64,000 bases of DNA from an uncultured virus (IMG/VR IMGVR_UViG_2061766007_000951). Taxonomy: Duplodnaviria; Heunggongvirae; Uroviricota; Caudoviricetes. Made by a program: the position numbers and the translations under genes. Below, piece by piece: positions 28,038 through 38,925 of this stretch (position 1 is its first letter; every line of letters begins with the position of its first letter). The notes under the pieces are model-generated. The model did not search any database and had not been told where the DNA came from. It saw only the letters and a list, made by a program, of their open reading frames with translations. Location: IMG/VR virus record IMGVR_UViG_2061766007_000951; one strand, given 5' to 3'.

Positions 28038-29275
28038 TTATTCCTCCTTAATAGTGTCAGATGTATTTTTGCCAGCATCTGCTGGATTCTGTGCGGCGAT
28101 CTTATCAACAGTGGAAAGATTAACAGGCATAAAGTGCTGATCTCCCCATGTTTCCTTTGTTTTTGGCAGATTTTCACGCTCGAAAATCTGATTTGGTGTA
28201 TAAACACCGTTTGTAAGACCTTTGGTATACATTTCCATGCGGCTCTTGTAATCTGCACGGAGCATTGTATCTGTGTCAAACTCTACATAATGGTCGCTCT
28301 GGAACGGATAAGTAAGAAGCTGGTCCAGATATTGCTGCAATCGTACAACCCAAGGGCTCAAAGTATGCTGCAGGAAGAATGTATTTGCCTGTTCCTGATT
28401 TGTAAACTTACTGTCATCCTTTCCAAGCATATAAAGAGGAACGCGGAATATCTTGGCAACTTCGCGCTCTGAATAAGTACGGTTTTCTGTAAGCTGTGCA
28501 TCTGCATTGCTTGCCAGGTCCAGCGAACTTGCTTTCATTCCATTTGCAACAATAAAAGGGNNNNNNNNNNNNNNNNNNNNNNNNNNNNNNNNNNNTGAGC
28601 ATCTTCCTGAGTAAACTTCTTTTCATCTGCAGGAACCTCTATAAGAAGCTTAGAATGAATACCACCGTCAAAGCTGTCGTTTGTATATTCATCCAGAGTC
28701 AAACCAAGACGCGCTGCATGATGAGCATAAGCAAGCGGTGAAACTCCTCTTATAGTTCCAAAACGATAAGCCGGAATATGCAGCATATTAACAGGACGAT
28801 ATTTATAGATTTCGCCCTGGTAATTGTATTCATAATAAACATCGCCGTTATCATCAAAACAGATTCTCACGCGCTCCGGCGGAAGCGGTGTAAGACTGCG
28901 CGGCGAGTTATCAGCATTTCTGGCAACAAAAATAAACGCGTTTCCGTTTAACAGTAAATCCATCATCACAGTCTGCTTAAAAGTAAACGGTACATCGTAA
29001 TAATTCGGCTGCTTTCTCAGTAAATATGCAAGGTTTGGTCTGTCATCGCGGATGCGTCCGTCAGAAGTGCGCTTATAAACATGCACACTCATCTGAGCAA
29101 TAGAATCGGCAATAAGCATTGTACAAGCAGATACAGTTGTATTGCTCATAAGCTCAGCGCGAGACATATTCGGCATAAAAAACAGGCTTCCATTTGCAGG
29201 CCGAGAAATAACCGGTAAAGCCTTATCCATCTTTGGCAATGACGCCCGACGGATTTCCAATCCTAGAATTTTCAT
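28038..29275 (-). CDS. HK97-family portal protein (gap 28561-28595)
   Basis: LLLNGNAF, GVSPL, EVAKIFRVP, TPNQI. Confidence 0.92.
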
Positions 29276-29289
29276 ATTAATAATGTCAG

Positions 29290-29736
29290 TTAGTCAAAAT
29301 CAAACTCAAACGACTGCTGGCCGTCTCCATCCCATTTAAGACCATATTTATCAAGGATGTAGTAAAAATCCTGAACAGAGTGCGGAATAAGCCGCTTTTT
29401 GATATTTCCTTTATCGCTACGCTCTACACCTATATGCATAAGCTCATGGAGCATAAGGATTTTCTTCTGTTCCTTTGTCATGTGGCCAACATTCGGCGTA
29501 TAAACCGTGATTATAAAATCTGCATCAATTGCCCATCGCTTGGAATCAGCAACCTTCTCGCAGTCTGCATGAGTTATTCCCCAGCTCGTTTTCTTTGGTC
29601 TGTCTGATTCCAGATAGATAATTTTAATAAATCCGGCTTCTACATAGCCCCGCAAATCCATCAACATAGGATGCTTTGATATAAGCTCCTGCCCCAGTTC
29701 TTCGTATTGTTCCGATGTAATTCTTGTTTCTGTCAT
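29290..29736 (-). CDS. Putative phage metallopeptidase (HExxH)
   Basis: DFIITV...LMLHELMHIG...PHSVQDF. Confidence 0.75.
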   Translation of the reverse strand: MTETRITSEQYEELGQELISKHPMLMDLRGYVEAGFIKIIYLESDRPKKTSWGITHADCEKVADSKRWAIDADFIITVYTPNVGHMTKEQKKILMLHELMHIGVERSDKGNIKKRLIPHSVQDFYYILDKYGLKWDGDGQQSFEFDFD

Positions 29737-29847
29737 AAAAAAAAATGCCGGAAACAAGAGGCATTGCTTCCGGCACAGGACTAATTTTTTCTGATTTTTT
29801 AGGAGTTAAAAATCGTGTATGACATCACAATAATAAAGTCAGTTGAA

Positions 29848-31529
29848 CTAAAAGAACATCTCATCCACGCTCAGTGGTGCCCTTGCTTCATCTGCTAAAG
29901 CTATTTCAAGGCGGTTATTTGCCATAATCGAAGTAATAACACCGTCTATGCGCTTACTGGTCTTGTTCGTGTCCGGCTTAATCGGTTTTATATTTCCGTT
30001 TGCATCAGGCTTAACGGTAGCACAAGAGACCATCCAAGCCATNNNNNNNNNNNNNNNNNNNNNNNNNNNNNNNGCTCCCAGGCTTTGGAAGGCTCGCTCA
30101 TTCCTATAATTGATTGTGAAAAATCTACACATGTAAACTCTGCAGCAAGGTCCTGTATAAGATATTCTGCAAGGTTACGGTCATAAGCGATTTCCTGAAT
30201 GTCATATTTTTTAGCATCCTCGCGGATAATGTTGAGCATAAAATTAAAATCCTGAGTTTCGCCTGGCGTTGCGGTTATATAACCCTGCTTTATCCAGGAA
30301 CGGATGCGGTAAGAATCCTGCTTCATCTTTATATCTATCTGCCCTTCAGGAATAAAAAAGTAGTGTTTGGCGTAACGCTTGCCCTTTGGAAGCTCAAAAT
30401 ACCAGGTTAATACAGTAAAGTCGAGGCGCTTGGAAAGGTCTATACCGCCCCAGCATCTGAGACCTTCGAGGCTCTTTTCAGAGAACCGCTTCTGGCATTT
30501 GCTCCACTGTCTGTCATTGATCCATACTTCAGCAACATTGAGCCATTCGTTTAAGTTTTTGGTCCTGAAGGAAGTCTCACTTGTATTTGAAAGTAAAGCT
30601 TCACGATAAGCAGTATGCATTGCATCAAGCTCTACGCTTACGCCCAGGTTTGGATTTGCTTTATACCAGTTCTTTTCGTTTTTCCAGTCATCGCCTTTGT
30701 CGAGCTCATAAATTATAGAAAAATACTCGTCATTCTCGTAACCGTTTGCATCTGAAAGCATTTTCTTACACTTTTCGTATTCTTCAAAGCATGGCGCATT
30801 GCGGTTGTTTCCGGCTGTTGTGATGATGAACATTAAAGGCTGCTGTCTTGCCCTCATACCTGTTTCTATTACATCCAAAAGCTCTGTTGTTTTATGCGCA
30901 TGGTATTCATCAATAATTGCACAGGAAGGATTGAGACCGTCCAGAGTGTTTGAATCAGAAGCAAGAGGCTTCATAAAACCATCTGCACAGGTTAAAGAGT
31001 GAGCCAGCGGTTTGATGTATTTTTTTAGGTCCACTGAATATTGCACGGTTTTCTTTGCATCTTCAAAAACAATTCGCGCCTGGTCTTTTTTGGTTGCCGC
31101 ACTGTAAACTTCGGCACCTGGTTCTGTAAGAAGATCATAAAGTGAAACGCCTGCAGCAAGAAAAGACTTTCCGTTTTTGCGGGCAATCTGAATATAAGCT
31201 CTCCTGAAGCGGCGCTTGTTGTTGTCTCTTCTACGCCATCCGTAAAGGCTCGCAATTATAAACTGTTGCCACGGTTCCGGCTTAAGCTTCTGCCCCGCAA
31301 GTTTTCCTTTAGTGTGGACCAGCTGAGAAAAGAAAATAATGGCAGCCTGCGCTTTTTTGTGGTCAAAATAATAAGGAAAGGTTCCCTCTTCGCTTGCCTT
31401 TATGTCTTTAATATGGCGCTTTACAGCAAGCTTTACCATCTTACAAGTAGGAATTTTCGAGTTTGAAACATCATTTATGTATTTAAGATAGGTAAACTTT
31501 ATTTTTTCCACGTTTTCTTCTCTTTCCAT
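29848..31529 (-). CDS. terL: Terminase large subunit (gap 30043-30073)
   Basis: IARKNGKS Walker A, IIDEYH, ITTAG, GIDLS, KRIDG. Confidence 0.95.
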
Positions 31530-33353
31530 AAACAATGCAGTCATTATTAAAATGCTCACAATTTGGGCAGACTTCTGAAAATGGCAATTCAAACAATTCA
31601 GGATTAAAGATGTTTCCAGGGCAGACATAACCTTTCTTTCTTATCTGTTCTGCATAAAATTCTTCTTTTTCCCAAACTCTGCCTTCTCTGTCTACGCGAA
31701 TTTCCCAAATAAACAAAGCTTACTCCTCAAAAGTCAGTGTTTCACACAAGTCTTTTATCTGCTCAATTACAAATTTGCAAGCTTTTAATTTATTTTCATA
31801 ATCTACAACTCGTTTTTCTCTTGGCGCTGCAAATCTTAAAATCAAATATAATTTTGCCTCATACGCTGCACATCTTGTTCTAATACCGGCTTTACATTCG
31901 CTCTTAAACTCACAACAATATTCTTTGTCAAGATATTCTTCAATTTCTGATTTCAATTTTTCTTCTGTCATTTACCAATCTCCTTTAGTTATTTTTATTT
32001 CACACCTTGTTGCAAGTGGTAATTCTTCATAAGGAGTTGTTGTTATTGTTAATATCAATTCTCCACAACGTCTAATCTCTGTTTTTTTTGAATTATTATT
32101 ACCAAATATTCCTCTGGGATAATCTTCAAGCGTACAAAATCCACGCATATCTTCAATTCTTAAATGATATTTCTGCATATATTCATACAATATGCGATTT
32201 ATTTCTTCAGATACATTTTTCCCAAATTGTGCAAATGCAGTTTGTAAATCTGTCATATNNNNNNNNNNCAACGGTGCCGCCGTCAAGATAATGAACAGTA
32301 AAAGGAAAATCCCTGAAATAATCCGCTTCTGTTTTCCATGTATTTTGACCAGTTAAGTGATAAAACAAAACAGCGCTCTGCATCAAAATCTTATACGCTT
32401 TGTTTATATCCTTTGTTTTCAAAATTTCGGTTATAATCGCGTCAGGAAGTCCTTCCTGGGCTTTCAATTCTTCTAACTGTTTTACTTCCGGCTTGATTCT
32501 GTAATCCTCTGGATCTGCAGTAAAATCAGGGTTGTCCCAGTCCATCCAGTCTCCTGCACAATTAAATTGAATTGTTTTACCCTCATCACGGGCTTTCTGT
32601 AAATCTTCTTTAGTCATCTTCAGTCCTCCGTATCTGAAATTTTTGCGTATTTACGCAATTGTTTTAGCTCTCAATTCCCAGCCACTCTTCTATGGTCCCG
32701 CTTGGAACTCCGTTTCTGTATTTTTCGCGGATAGCTTCAAGCTTTTCCTGGCTGTTTTTGTAATCAAGTCCGCTATATCTTCCTTTTGCAGTTTTCGGCA
32801 CCCTGTAATTTGCAGAAAGTTTGCCATGCTTCAGCTGATAGTAATAAGTGGACTTATTTAATCCTAGTTCCTTCCACGGTTCCTTGCGTTCCCTCATTTT
32901 CGGGCCCCGCATGGCTCTAGAAATGCATCCAGGCAATTACCTTCATCATCAAACACAGTTATAATCGCGCACCTGTAGTTTTCAGGAAACTTGCCATCTT
33001 CAAGATAGTGCCATTCTGCTTTATTTTCCGGCATCTTCTCCACCTCCGACTGTGCTCAAAAATTTTTCCAGAACTGCTGCACACTGCACAGCTTCACCGG
33101 CAAGAGCAACTGCAACGCCTTTTAATCTTGTCAGCTCGTCATCTACTGGGAAATTTATCTTTATGGTTTCCCATAGATGTTCCAGATTCTGTTCAATCTG
33201 CTTCATATCCTCTGCAGCTTCTTCAACTTCTTCTTTAAGCACCGCATAGCCTTCATGCGTACTGTGGTAAGTTGGCCCGTATTCTTTTACGATGTTCTGC
33301 AGTTCGTAACAAACTGCCTGATCAATTGATTCTTTTGCTTTTGTTGCTATCAT
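31483..33353 (-). other. Cluster of small accessory ORFs between DGR target 2 and terL (partly gapped)
   Basis: ORFs 31483-31716, 31720-31971, 32207-32617, 32664-32897 (HTH-like), 33021-33353 (HEGYAVLKEEVEE, MazG-like helix); partly shared with 43078-43910. Confidence 0.5.
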
Positions 33354-33407
33354 ATATTTTCCTCACAAGTACCCGCGCCCTTTCGGGCACGGAGATTAAG
33401 GCGCCGC

Positions 33408-34025
33408 TCAGTCTTTCGCCTGAGCTCCGATTACGAAGCGGGGCCGAACATAAAGGTTCGCACCCGACGCGCCGCTGTAGGCCGCACAGCCATGGTCGTA
33501 CACACCGCAGAAGTAAGCAGCAGACGCATCCTTGTCATCATCCTGGTATTTTGTAGAAAGCCACCACCAGCGGCCTAAACCGTCAAACATTGCGATTTTA
33601 TGTTTTGGCTCTGTGAACCATGCAAGCTTCTTTTCTTCATCGAAAACATCATCGTTTGAAGGAATATCGCACCTTATTTTAATTTTTTCCAGGTCATATA
33701 CCTGGCAGAAAACCGGCACAAAAACCTTTTTAAGATATTTTTTCAAAAAGGAATTCTCAAAGCAGACCTCTTTACCGTCCTTAAAAGGTGCAATCGGCAT
33801 CTGAAACATTGCATTGTCAAACAAAAACTGAGTTTTTCCATCCTTCTTGTCAATGCAATAAAGCTTTGTTTCTTCTGTGGTAAATTCAGGAACCCAAATT
33901 GTAGAACCATTAAACTTCACTTCTGCAGCCGGAACCGAAAAAGGCTCTATAACTGCATACCAGCCCACCTCAGCTTCTTCGCTGAAAAGCTCACTTAAAA
34001 AACATCTTTTTTCTTGAAAAATCAT
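33408..34025 (-). CDS. DGR target 2 of phage A: stand-alone variable (CLec/DUF6273-like) protein
   Basis: WWWLST...FCGVYDHGCAAYSGASGANLYVRPRF; VR 33439-33527, IMH CCCCGCTTCGTAATC, hairpin 33373-33392. Confidence 0.85.
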   Translation of the reverse strand: MIFQEKRCFLSELFSEEAEVGWYAVIEPFSVPAAEVKFNGSTIWVPEFTTEETKLYCIDKKDGKTQFLFDNAMFQMPIAPFKDGKEVCFENSFLKKYLKKVFVPVFCQVYDLEKIKIRCDIPSNDDVFDEEKKLAWFTEPKHKIAMFDGLGRWWWLSTKYQDDDKDASAAYFCGVYDHGCAAYSGASGANLYVRPRFVIGAQAKD

Positions 34026-34285
34026 TTTTCACCTCCATCTTCTTCAAGATATACATTCTCAACCGCAAGTCTCAGGATGATTTCTGTATCAGTCTTTACC
34101 TGTCTGATCTCAGATGCCTGATGCTCCTGTTGTTCTATCATTTCCACAATGGTTTGCCTCATTCTGTCGTTGTTCTTCTGCATAATCCTGTTGTCATGGC
34201 AGCAGGCAATCATTGCAATCATGCTCAAGAATAAAACCGTCAAACTACACAATAAAATTGCAAGGTTTCTTGTATATTCACTCAT
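34022..34285 (-). CDS. Hypothetical TM plus coiled-coil protein
   Basis: Translationally coupled to terS and target 2. Confidence 0.5.
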   Translation of the reverse strand: MSEYTRNLAILLCSLTVLFLSMIAMIACCHDNRIMQKNNDRMRQTIVEMIEQQEHQASEIRQVKTDTEIILRLAVENVYLEEDGGEK

Positions 34286-34755
34286 TAACCATTCCCCATA
34301 AGCTCTTTCAAAAAGTCCTGATCGTCCTTTTCTTTTGGCTTTACCCTCATTCTTGTTCTTGCTTCCGGCGTTACACCAAACTTCATCATAATTTTATGAA
34401 ATCGGTTCATGTGTTCTTTGTAGACGTCCAGAAGGTTCATCTGTTTTATTTTGTCAAGATTTGACAAATACTCGCCATAAGATTCATAAGCGTTTACTTT
34501 TTCCAGGCAATCCTGTGCAATGTCATAGCTTATAAAAGCATCCTTAAGAATTACCGTATCAACAATGGAAATAAGACCAGCTTCAAGCATTGCCGGAACA
34601 AGCTCGTCCCATTTATCCGATGCCCTCTTTGAAAGGTTTATCGGAGCAGGAAGCTTCTCAAGCGGTTCAATTGTGATACCGCGTCCATCGTGTCTGGATG
34701 GTTTATAAGTTCCGTTTGCTTTATGATCTTCAACGCTTTTTGGCGGTCTACCCAT
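34285..34755 (-). CDS. terS: Terminase small subunit (P27 family)
   Basis: MGRPPKS..HKANGT, APINLSKRA, FGVTPEARTRM. Confidence 0.9.
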   Translation of the reverse strand: MGRPPKSVEDHKANGTYKPSRHDGRGITIEPLEKLPAPINLSKRASDKWDELVPAMLEAGLISIVDTVILKDAFISYDIAQDCLEKVNAYESYGEYLSNLDKIKQMNLLDVYKEHMNRFHKIMMKFGVTPEARTRMRVKPKEKDDQDFLKELMGNG

Positions 34756-34885
34756 TTTTTATAAAATCTCCTTGATGGATTTTACCCATTCTCCAAACCG
34801 TTCAAGAGTAAGATGCATTGTATCTCCTCCTGTCATTTTTCCTTTCCACATACTGAAAGTTGCACCAAAGAAAAAATCATCATCT

Positions 34886-35131
34886 TTACCGANNNNNNNN
34901 NNCGGATTTTACCCATTCGCCAAACTGCTCAAGAGTAAGATGCATTGTATCTCCTCCTGTCATTTCTCCCTTGTACATGCAGAAAGTTGCACCAAAGAAA
35001 AAATCGTCATCCTTACCGACCACATAACCAACCAGATTATCATGGGCAGTTTCTTCCTTCCCGTTTTCATCTTCAAACGTATATTCAAGCTCCAAAAGAT
35101 AAAGCTTGTTTTTTTTCAGTTCCTTACTCAT
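34886..35131 (-). CDS. Hypothetical protein (3' end duplicated across gap)
   Basis: Ortholog 45107-45358. Confidence 0.6.
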   Translation of the reverse strand: MSKELKKNKLYLLELEYTFEDENGKEETAHDNLVGYVVGKDDDFFFGATFCMYKGEMTGGDTMHLTLEQFGEWVKSXXXXR

Positions 35132-35352
35132 AGTTTATTTTCTCAATCTGACTTTTAAGCGCATACCAATAGCACAGCAGACGAGTTGCCCCCCTGTCAT
35201 CTTCAGCTACCCCACATTTTGAAACAAAGCCTTCCAGCATCAGTTCAAAATCATCAAGTTTATCTTCTAAATCCTCCGGCATCTTTTTTCCTCCCTAAAA
35301 TTTTACCCCCTGGCTTTTTTTTCGCACGCACACACGAAAAAGNNNNNNNNNN

Positions 35353-35518
35353 TCTTTACGAACTGTCCGCAGATTTCAATTACTGCTGTTGCACCAATTC
35401 CGATTGAAGAGTTGATGGCTACTGCATAAGCAGGGTTAAAAAATGTAACAACGCCGATTGCGATTGTAGACAAACCGCCAACAATGGCAACAATAAGGTT
35501 GTAAACTTTCTTGCTCAT
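35353..35518 (-). CDS. Holin-like two-TM protein (truncated at gap)
   Basis: MSKKVYNLIVAIVGGL... two TM segments; GGAGG RBS. Confidence 0.5.
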
Positions 35519-35531
35519 AAAATCCTCCTGA

Positions 35532-35960
35532 TTATTTTGCAAGCTTTATAATACGGGCAGTAGTTGGCCGCCCTTTATCAACACACTGGGAGTAAACAAG
35601 CGGATTAAACTTAATCATTCCGTTTTCTACTCCAACCCAGTGGCCTTTACCTTTGTAATCATAACGGACAGGAGTGCGCTCTTTTATGCCCCTCAAGTCC
35701 TTTATATCCTTAAACTCAACGGTAATTTTACGCCCCGTAAGATATGCTGCAGCGTCTGCCCATTTTACTGTACAGTCTTTTTCTATAACGCCGGCATTTA
35801 TCATGTTGTTTACAGTCTTTACGGCGTCTATATCGTCAGGCTCAATTCCAAGGCACCACATAAGCACAAAAGCGCAGCATCCGTATTTACCGATTGTCTC
35901 CATTCGTTCTGGCTTTATGGTGTCCTTAATTTCTATTGCAAGACTTTGTGGTGTTTTCAT
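35532..35960 (-). CDS. Papain-like (C39/DUF261-like) cysteine peptidase, candidate endolysin
   Basis: YGCCAF...GHWVG...FNPL. Confidence 0.55.
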   Translation of the reverse strand: MKTPQSLAIEIKDTIKPERMETIGKYGCCAFVLMWCLGIEPDDIDAVKTVNNMINAGVIEKDCTVKWADAAAYLTGRKITVEFKDIKDLRGIKERTPVRYDYKGKGHWVGVENGMIKFNPLVYSQCVDKGRPTTARIIKLAK

Positions 35961-36193
35961 TTAAGACCTACCTTTAAGAAAATAAACGCAATGAGCCCCG
36001 AAACCACTGCCGCAATAAGAGGGTTGAGCCATCTGTCTGTTGCATTTTTTTTTGAGTTTCTAAGCTCACGGATTGCGCTTTCCATATTGGCAATCCTTAT
36101 TTCCTGCTCTGTAGTCTGTTTTAAGAGTTCTGTTACCGTGTCGAGCTTCTTTTCTATCTGGTCCAAGCGGTATTCAATAGTCTCTTCGTTCAT
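35957..36193 (-). CDS. Small coiled-coil plus C-terminal TM protein
   Basis: Ortholog 24465-24698. Confidence 0.55.
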   Translation of the reverse strand: MNEETIEYRLDQIEKKLDTVTELLKQTTEQEIRIANMESAIRELRNSKKNATDRWLNPLIAAVVSGLIAFIFLKVGLK

Positions 36194-36201
36194 ACTCCCT
36201 C

Positions 36202-36852
36202 CTAAAAATACCGCTTATATTTTGCAATCTGCTTCAAGAAGCGGTCGGCTGTAAAGTTATTGAATACACGGGAACCTGTATCTGCAAAAGTCTGTGAGCT
36301 TACAGCAAGATTTCCGCCGGCACTTTCCCAGAGCAATGAAGCTATCTGCAAAGCTGTAGTTTTAATAATATCCGGGACGCTCTCATAACCTGCAGTAAAG
36401 GTTATTGAATAACGGCTGCCTTTCTGGAAAACTGAATTGTCCTTAAAGCAGATGTAGTTCATCTTTTCTACTTCAAGTGTAGCAGGGTCGCCTGTTGCTC
36501 CGTCTATTGACAATGCAGTTATGGAATTAACCGGCATTGCCTGGAGAGCTGCAAGGGTTCCACCGTCGCCTTTAATAACCTGTGTATAGGTCTGCAATTC
36601 AGGGTCATATCCGAGATAATCCGCAACCTGTTCCATGGCAGACTTACAGTAAGTGTCCGGTCCGTCAAATTCTGCCGGCGGATCATCGTTTGTCTGCTCC
36701 TGTGTTTCTGTGCCTTCTGTACCTGTTCCAGCTTCTGCACCCAGCTCTTCTTCCTGACTTGTTGTATCAGGTTCTGGAGTTGGAGTTGGTTCCGGTTCGT
36801 CCGGATACTTATTCATAAAGGCATACAGATCATTTTTTGTAATGAAGTTCAT
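36202..36852 (-). CDS. Head-tail connector/adaptor with acidic insertion
   Basis: Ortholog 24707-25234. Confidence 0.75.
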   Translation of the reverse strand: MNFITKNDLYAFMNKYPDEPEPTPTPEPDTTSQEEELGAEAGTGTEGTETQEQTNDDPPAEFDGPDTYCKSAMEQVADYLGYDPELQTYTQVIKGDGGTLAALQAMPVNSITALSIDGATGDPATLEVEKMNYICFKDNSVFQKGSRYSITFTAGYESVPDIIKTTALQIASLLWESAGGNLAVSSQTFADTGSRVFNNFTADRFLKQIAKYKRYF

Positions 36853-36860
36853 ATAAACTC

Positions 36861-37130
36861 CTAGTCTTTACAGATTTCTACAAGGCCGTCGTTTTCAAGC
36901 TCTCTTGCAGTGATAAGAGGAATTTCTCCGTATTCGCCGGAATTAAAGCATCCAAAATCACCGCAGATTAAAGTCTTAAAAAGACACTTTACCTTTTTGT
37001 AGTGTTCGCCAGGAGCAACAACAGGCTCTGCTTTATGTCTTACAGCTGCCGCAACTTCCTGAACTTTTTCAAGGTCATTTTTTTCTACAACCTTGCCATC
37101 TGTCTTGTTTACTGTTTTATTACTTGCCAT
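36861..37130 (-). CDS. Hypothetical head-associated protein
   Basis: Ortholog 25237-25533. Confidence 0.6.
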   Translation of the reverse strand: MASNKTVNKTDGKVVEKNDLEKVQEVAAAVRHKAEPVVAPGEHYKKVKCLFKTLICGDFGCFNSGEYGEIPLITARELENDGLVEICKD

Positions 37131-37566
37131 TTTCTTTTCCTCCTTTAGATTCTGGCGTTATCTTATATCCGTATGATTTATTTTCAGGCATTCCGTCCCA
37201 TTCAAGCTTCATTCCAAGCCCCGCAAAATATCCAACAACAAAAGCAAGAGCAGGGCGTTCTTCCTGATATTCAGGATTTGAATTCATAGGGCAGCCGACA
37301 AGCGATACTTCCTTATAGCCGGAAATGAATGCAAGAATAAGCAATGCAGAAATAGAGTTATTTACAGGAAGTCCCATGTTATAAACTTCATCCGGCAACT
37401 GGTAAACTGTGTTTTCGTGATTTACTTTTATTCCGTGAAGTTCAAAATATTTGTCTGCACCTTCGCGCGGATCTGTTCCAAGCATCCACAGGTCAGAGTT
37501 TTTTTCTCTTATTTCGGCGGTTGTTTTTTCCATATTTGCCTTACCGCATATAATCAGCTTATTCAT
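37120..37566 (-). CDS. Conserved protein resembling a sialyltransferase/Maf-type Rossmann fold
   Basis: MNKLIICGKA...NSISALL..A...GYKEVSLVG...EYQEERP. Confidence 0.4.
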   Translation of the reverse strand: MNKLIICGKANMEKTTAEIREKNSDLWMLGTDPREGADKYFELHGIKVNHENTVYQLPDEVYNMGLPVNNSISALLILAFISGYKEVSLVGCPMNSNPEYQEERPALAFVVGYFAGLGMKLEWDGMPENKSYGYKITPESKGGKENGK

Positions 37567-37587
37567 ATAAAAGAATGTCAGATAAAC

Positions 37588-37613
37588 AAAAACCCCCGCC
37601 GGAGGAGCGGGGG
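37588..37613 (-). terminator. Intrinsic terminator after major capsid gene
   Basis: CCCCCGC-TCCTCCG-GCGGGGG followed by TTTTT. Confidence 0.75.
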
Positions 37614-37664
37614 CAAACATTACAAAGTATGTTTTATATCAAAAGCGGCAAGGCTTATGATTCA

Positions 37665-38900
37665 TCAGGTAGCCGGTACAGTTCCTGTTGATGTAGTATT
37701 GCCAACCTTAAGGCGGGCAAAAGCTTCACCAAGAACAGGCATACCGTCTGCAAGAGTGTGTCCGAGGTAGCCGATGCAGTTCTTCAAAGCGAACTGTTCA
37801 ACAAGTACCTGGATGTCTACATTCTTCCAGTAAGCAAACTTGTAGTAATCCTTGAAGTCTCCAAGAACTGCTACATAGAGGTTTGTTCCAACAATGTTAG
37901 GAGCAAACTCGCTTTCAATTACAGGCATACCGAGGATTGTGTCAGGTTCACCGTCGCGCAAACCTGGTCTCCACATGTACTGTCCGTCATTGTCCTTCAA
38001 AAGCATAATGCTCTTAAGGATGTCTGTGTGCATTACCCATACAGCGTTCTTGCGGTATCCTGGGCGGAGCTTCATCTTCATCTTGATGAGGTCGTCAGCG
38101 CAACAAGGCATTCCGCTTACTCTTGTGAAAGCAGAGCGGTCAGACACAACGTCGCGGCCTGTTGAAACCCCGTCGTTTGATGCGTAGAACACACCAAGTG
38201 GCTGTCCTGAACCATTACCAACAAGGATACCTTTTTCAAAAGCGCTCATGAACTTGTAAGCAAGCTTATTGCGTACAAGCTGGTCAATAGGCACTGCAGA
38301 AGATGCAATCATCTTCTTAGAAACCTTTACAAGCTTTGCAAGGTCTTTAGGAGCAAGCTCGCGCTTACCGAAAGCCCATGCAGAATCAGCAGAAATATCG
38401 CTGCCTGGAACTTCGTTTGTCCAGTCTGCATCAGATGCGTCTGTTGATTCATAAGGAAGGCCGAGAGAACCTGCACCGTTTACAGGAATCTTGTCTACCA
38501 TCTTGTAAAGCTGTGTGTCTTTTTCAACAGCAGCAATGATTTCGTCAGAGAATTCCTGTGGAGCAAGAGCATAGCCATTGCCCTGGCTTCCAGATGTTCC
38601 TACTGTAAGGTCGCGTTTTTCACCTGTCATAAGGAACTTGCGGAAAGATTCCATTTCGTTTGTTTCAGAAGCACTGCGTCCTTCGTCGCTTTTTGGCTTT
38701 GGAAGTTCTGTTGCAAAACCTGCAATGGCAGCTTCGCGTTCTTCTGCCATAATCTGTGCGGAAAGTTCGCGCATTTCCTTATCTTTTTCATCGTAGAGCT
38801 TCTTTTCTTCTTCGTTGAAGTCTCTTTTTTCCGAGAGCACTGTCTCGTTCATTGCGCGCATTTCAGCAATAAGCTGTGCGCGTCTTGCTTTCTTATCCAT
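37665..38900 (-). CDS. Major capsid protein, HK97 fold
   Basis: Ortholog of 26085-27320; start at MDKKARR. Confidence 0.95.
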   Translation of the reverse strand: MDKKARRAQLIAEMRAMNETVLSEKRDFNEEEKKLYDEKDKEMRELSAQIMAEEREAAIAGFATELPKPKSDEGRSASETNEMESFRKFLMTGEKRDLTVGTSGSQGNGYALAPQEFSDEIIAAVEKDTQLYKMVDKIPVNGAGSLGLPYESTDASDADWTNEVPGSDISADSAWAFGKRELAPKDLAKLVKVSKKMIASSAVPIDQLVRNKLAYKFMSAFEKGILVGNGSGQPLGVFYASNDGVSTGRDVVSDRSAFTRVSGMPCCADDLIKMKMKLRPGYRKNAVWVMHTDILKSIMLLKDNDGQYMWRPGLRDGEPDTILGMPVIESEFAPNIVGTNLYVAVLGDFKDYYKFAYWKNVDIQVLVEQFALKNCIGYLGHTLADGMPVLGEAFARLKVGNTTSTGTVPAT

Positions 38901-38925
38901 AATTGTTTTCCTCACAATTTTAAGA

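Larger units (their letters stand above)
1..35342 (-). mobile_element. Temperate siphophage A, apparently complete cos-to-cos genome (~35.35 kb, with gaps)
   Basis: Full gene set on - strand (terS, terL, portal, protease, capsid, lysis, tail, DGR, attP, int, repressor, replication, HNH). Both ends align to either side of the phage B cos-like region at 45390-45475. Confidence 0.85.
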
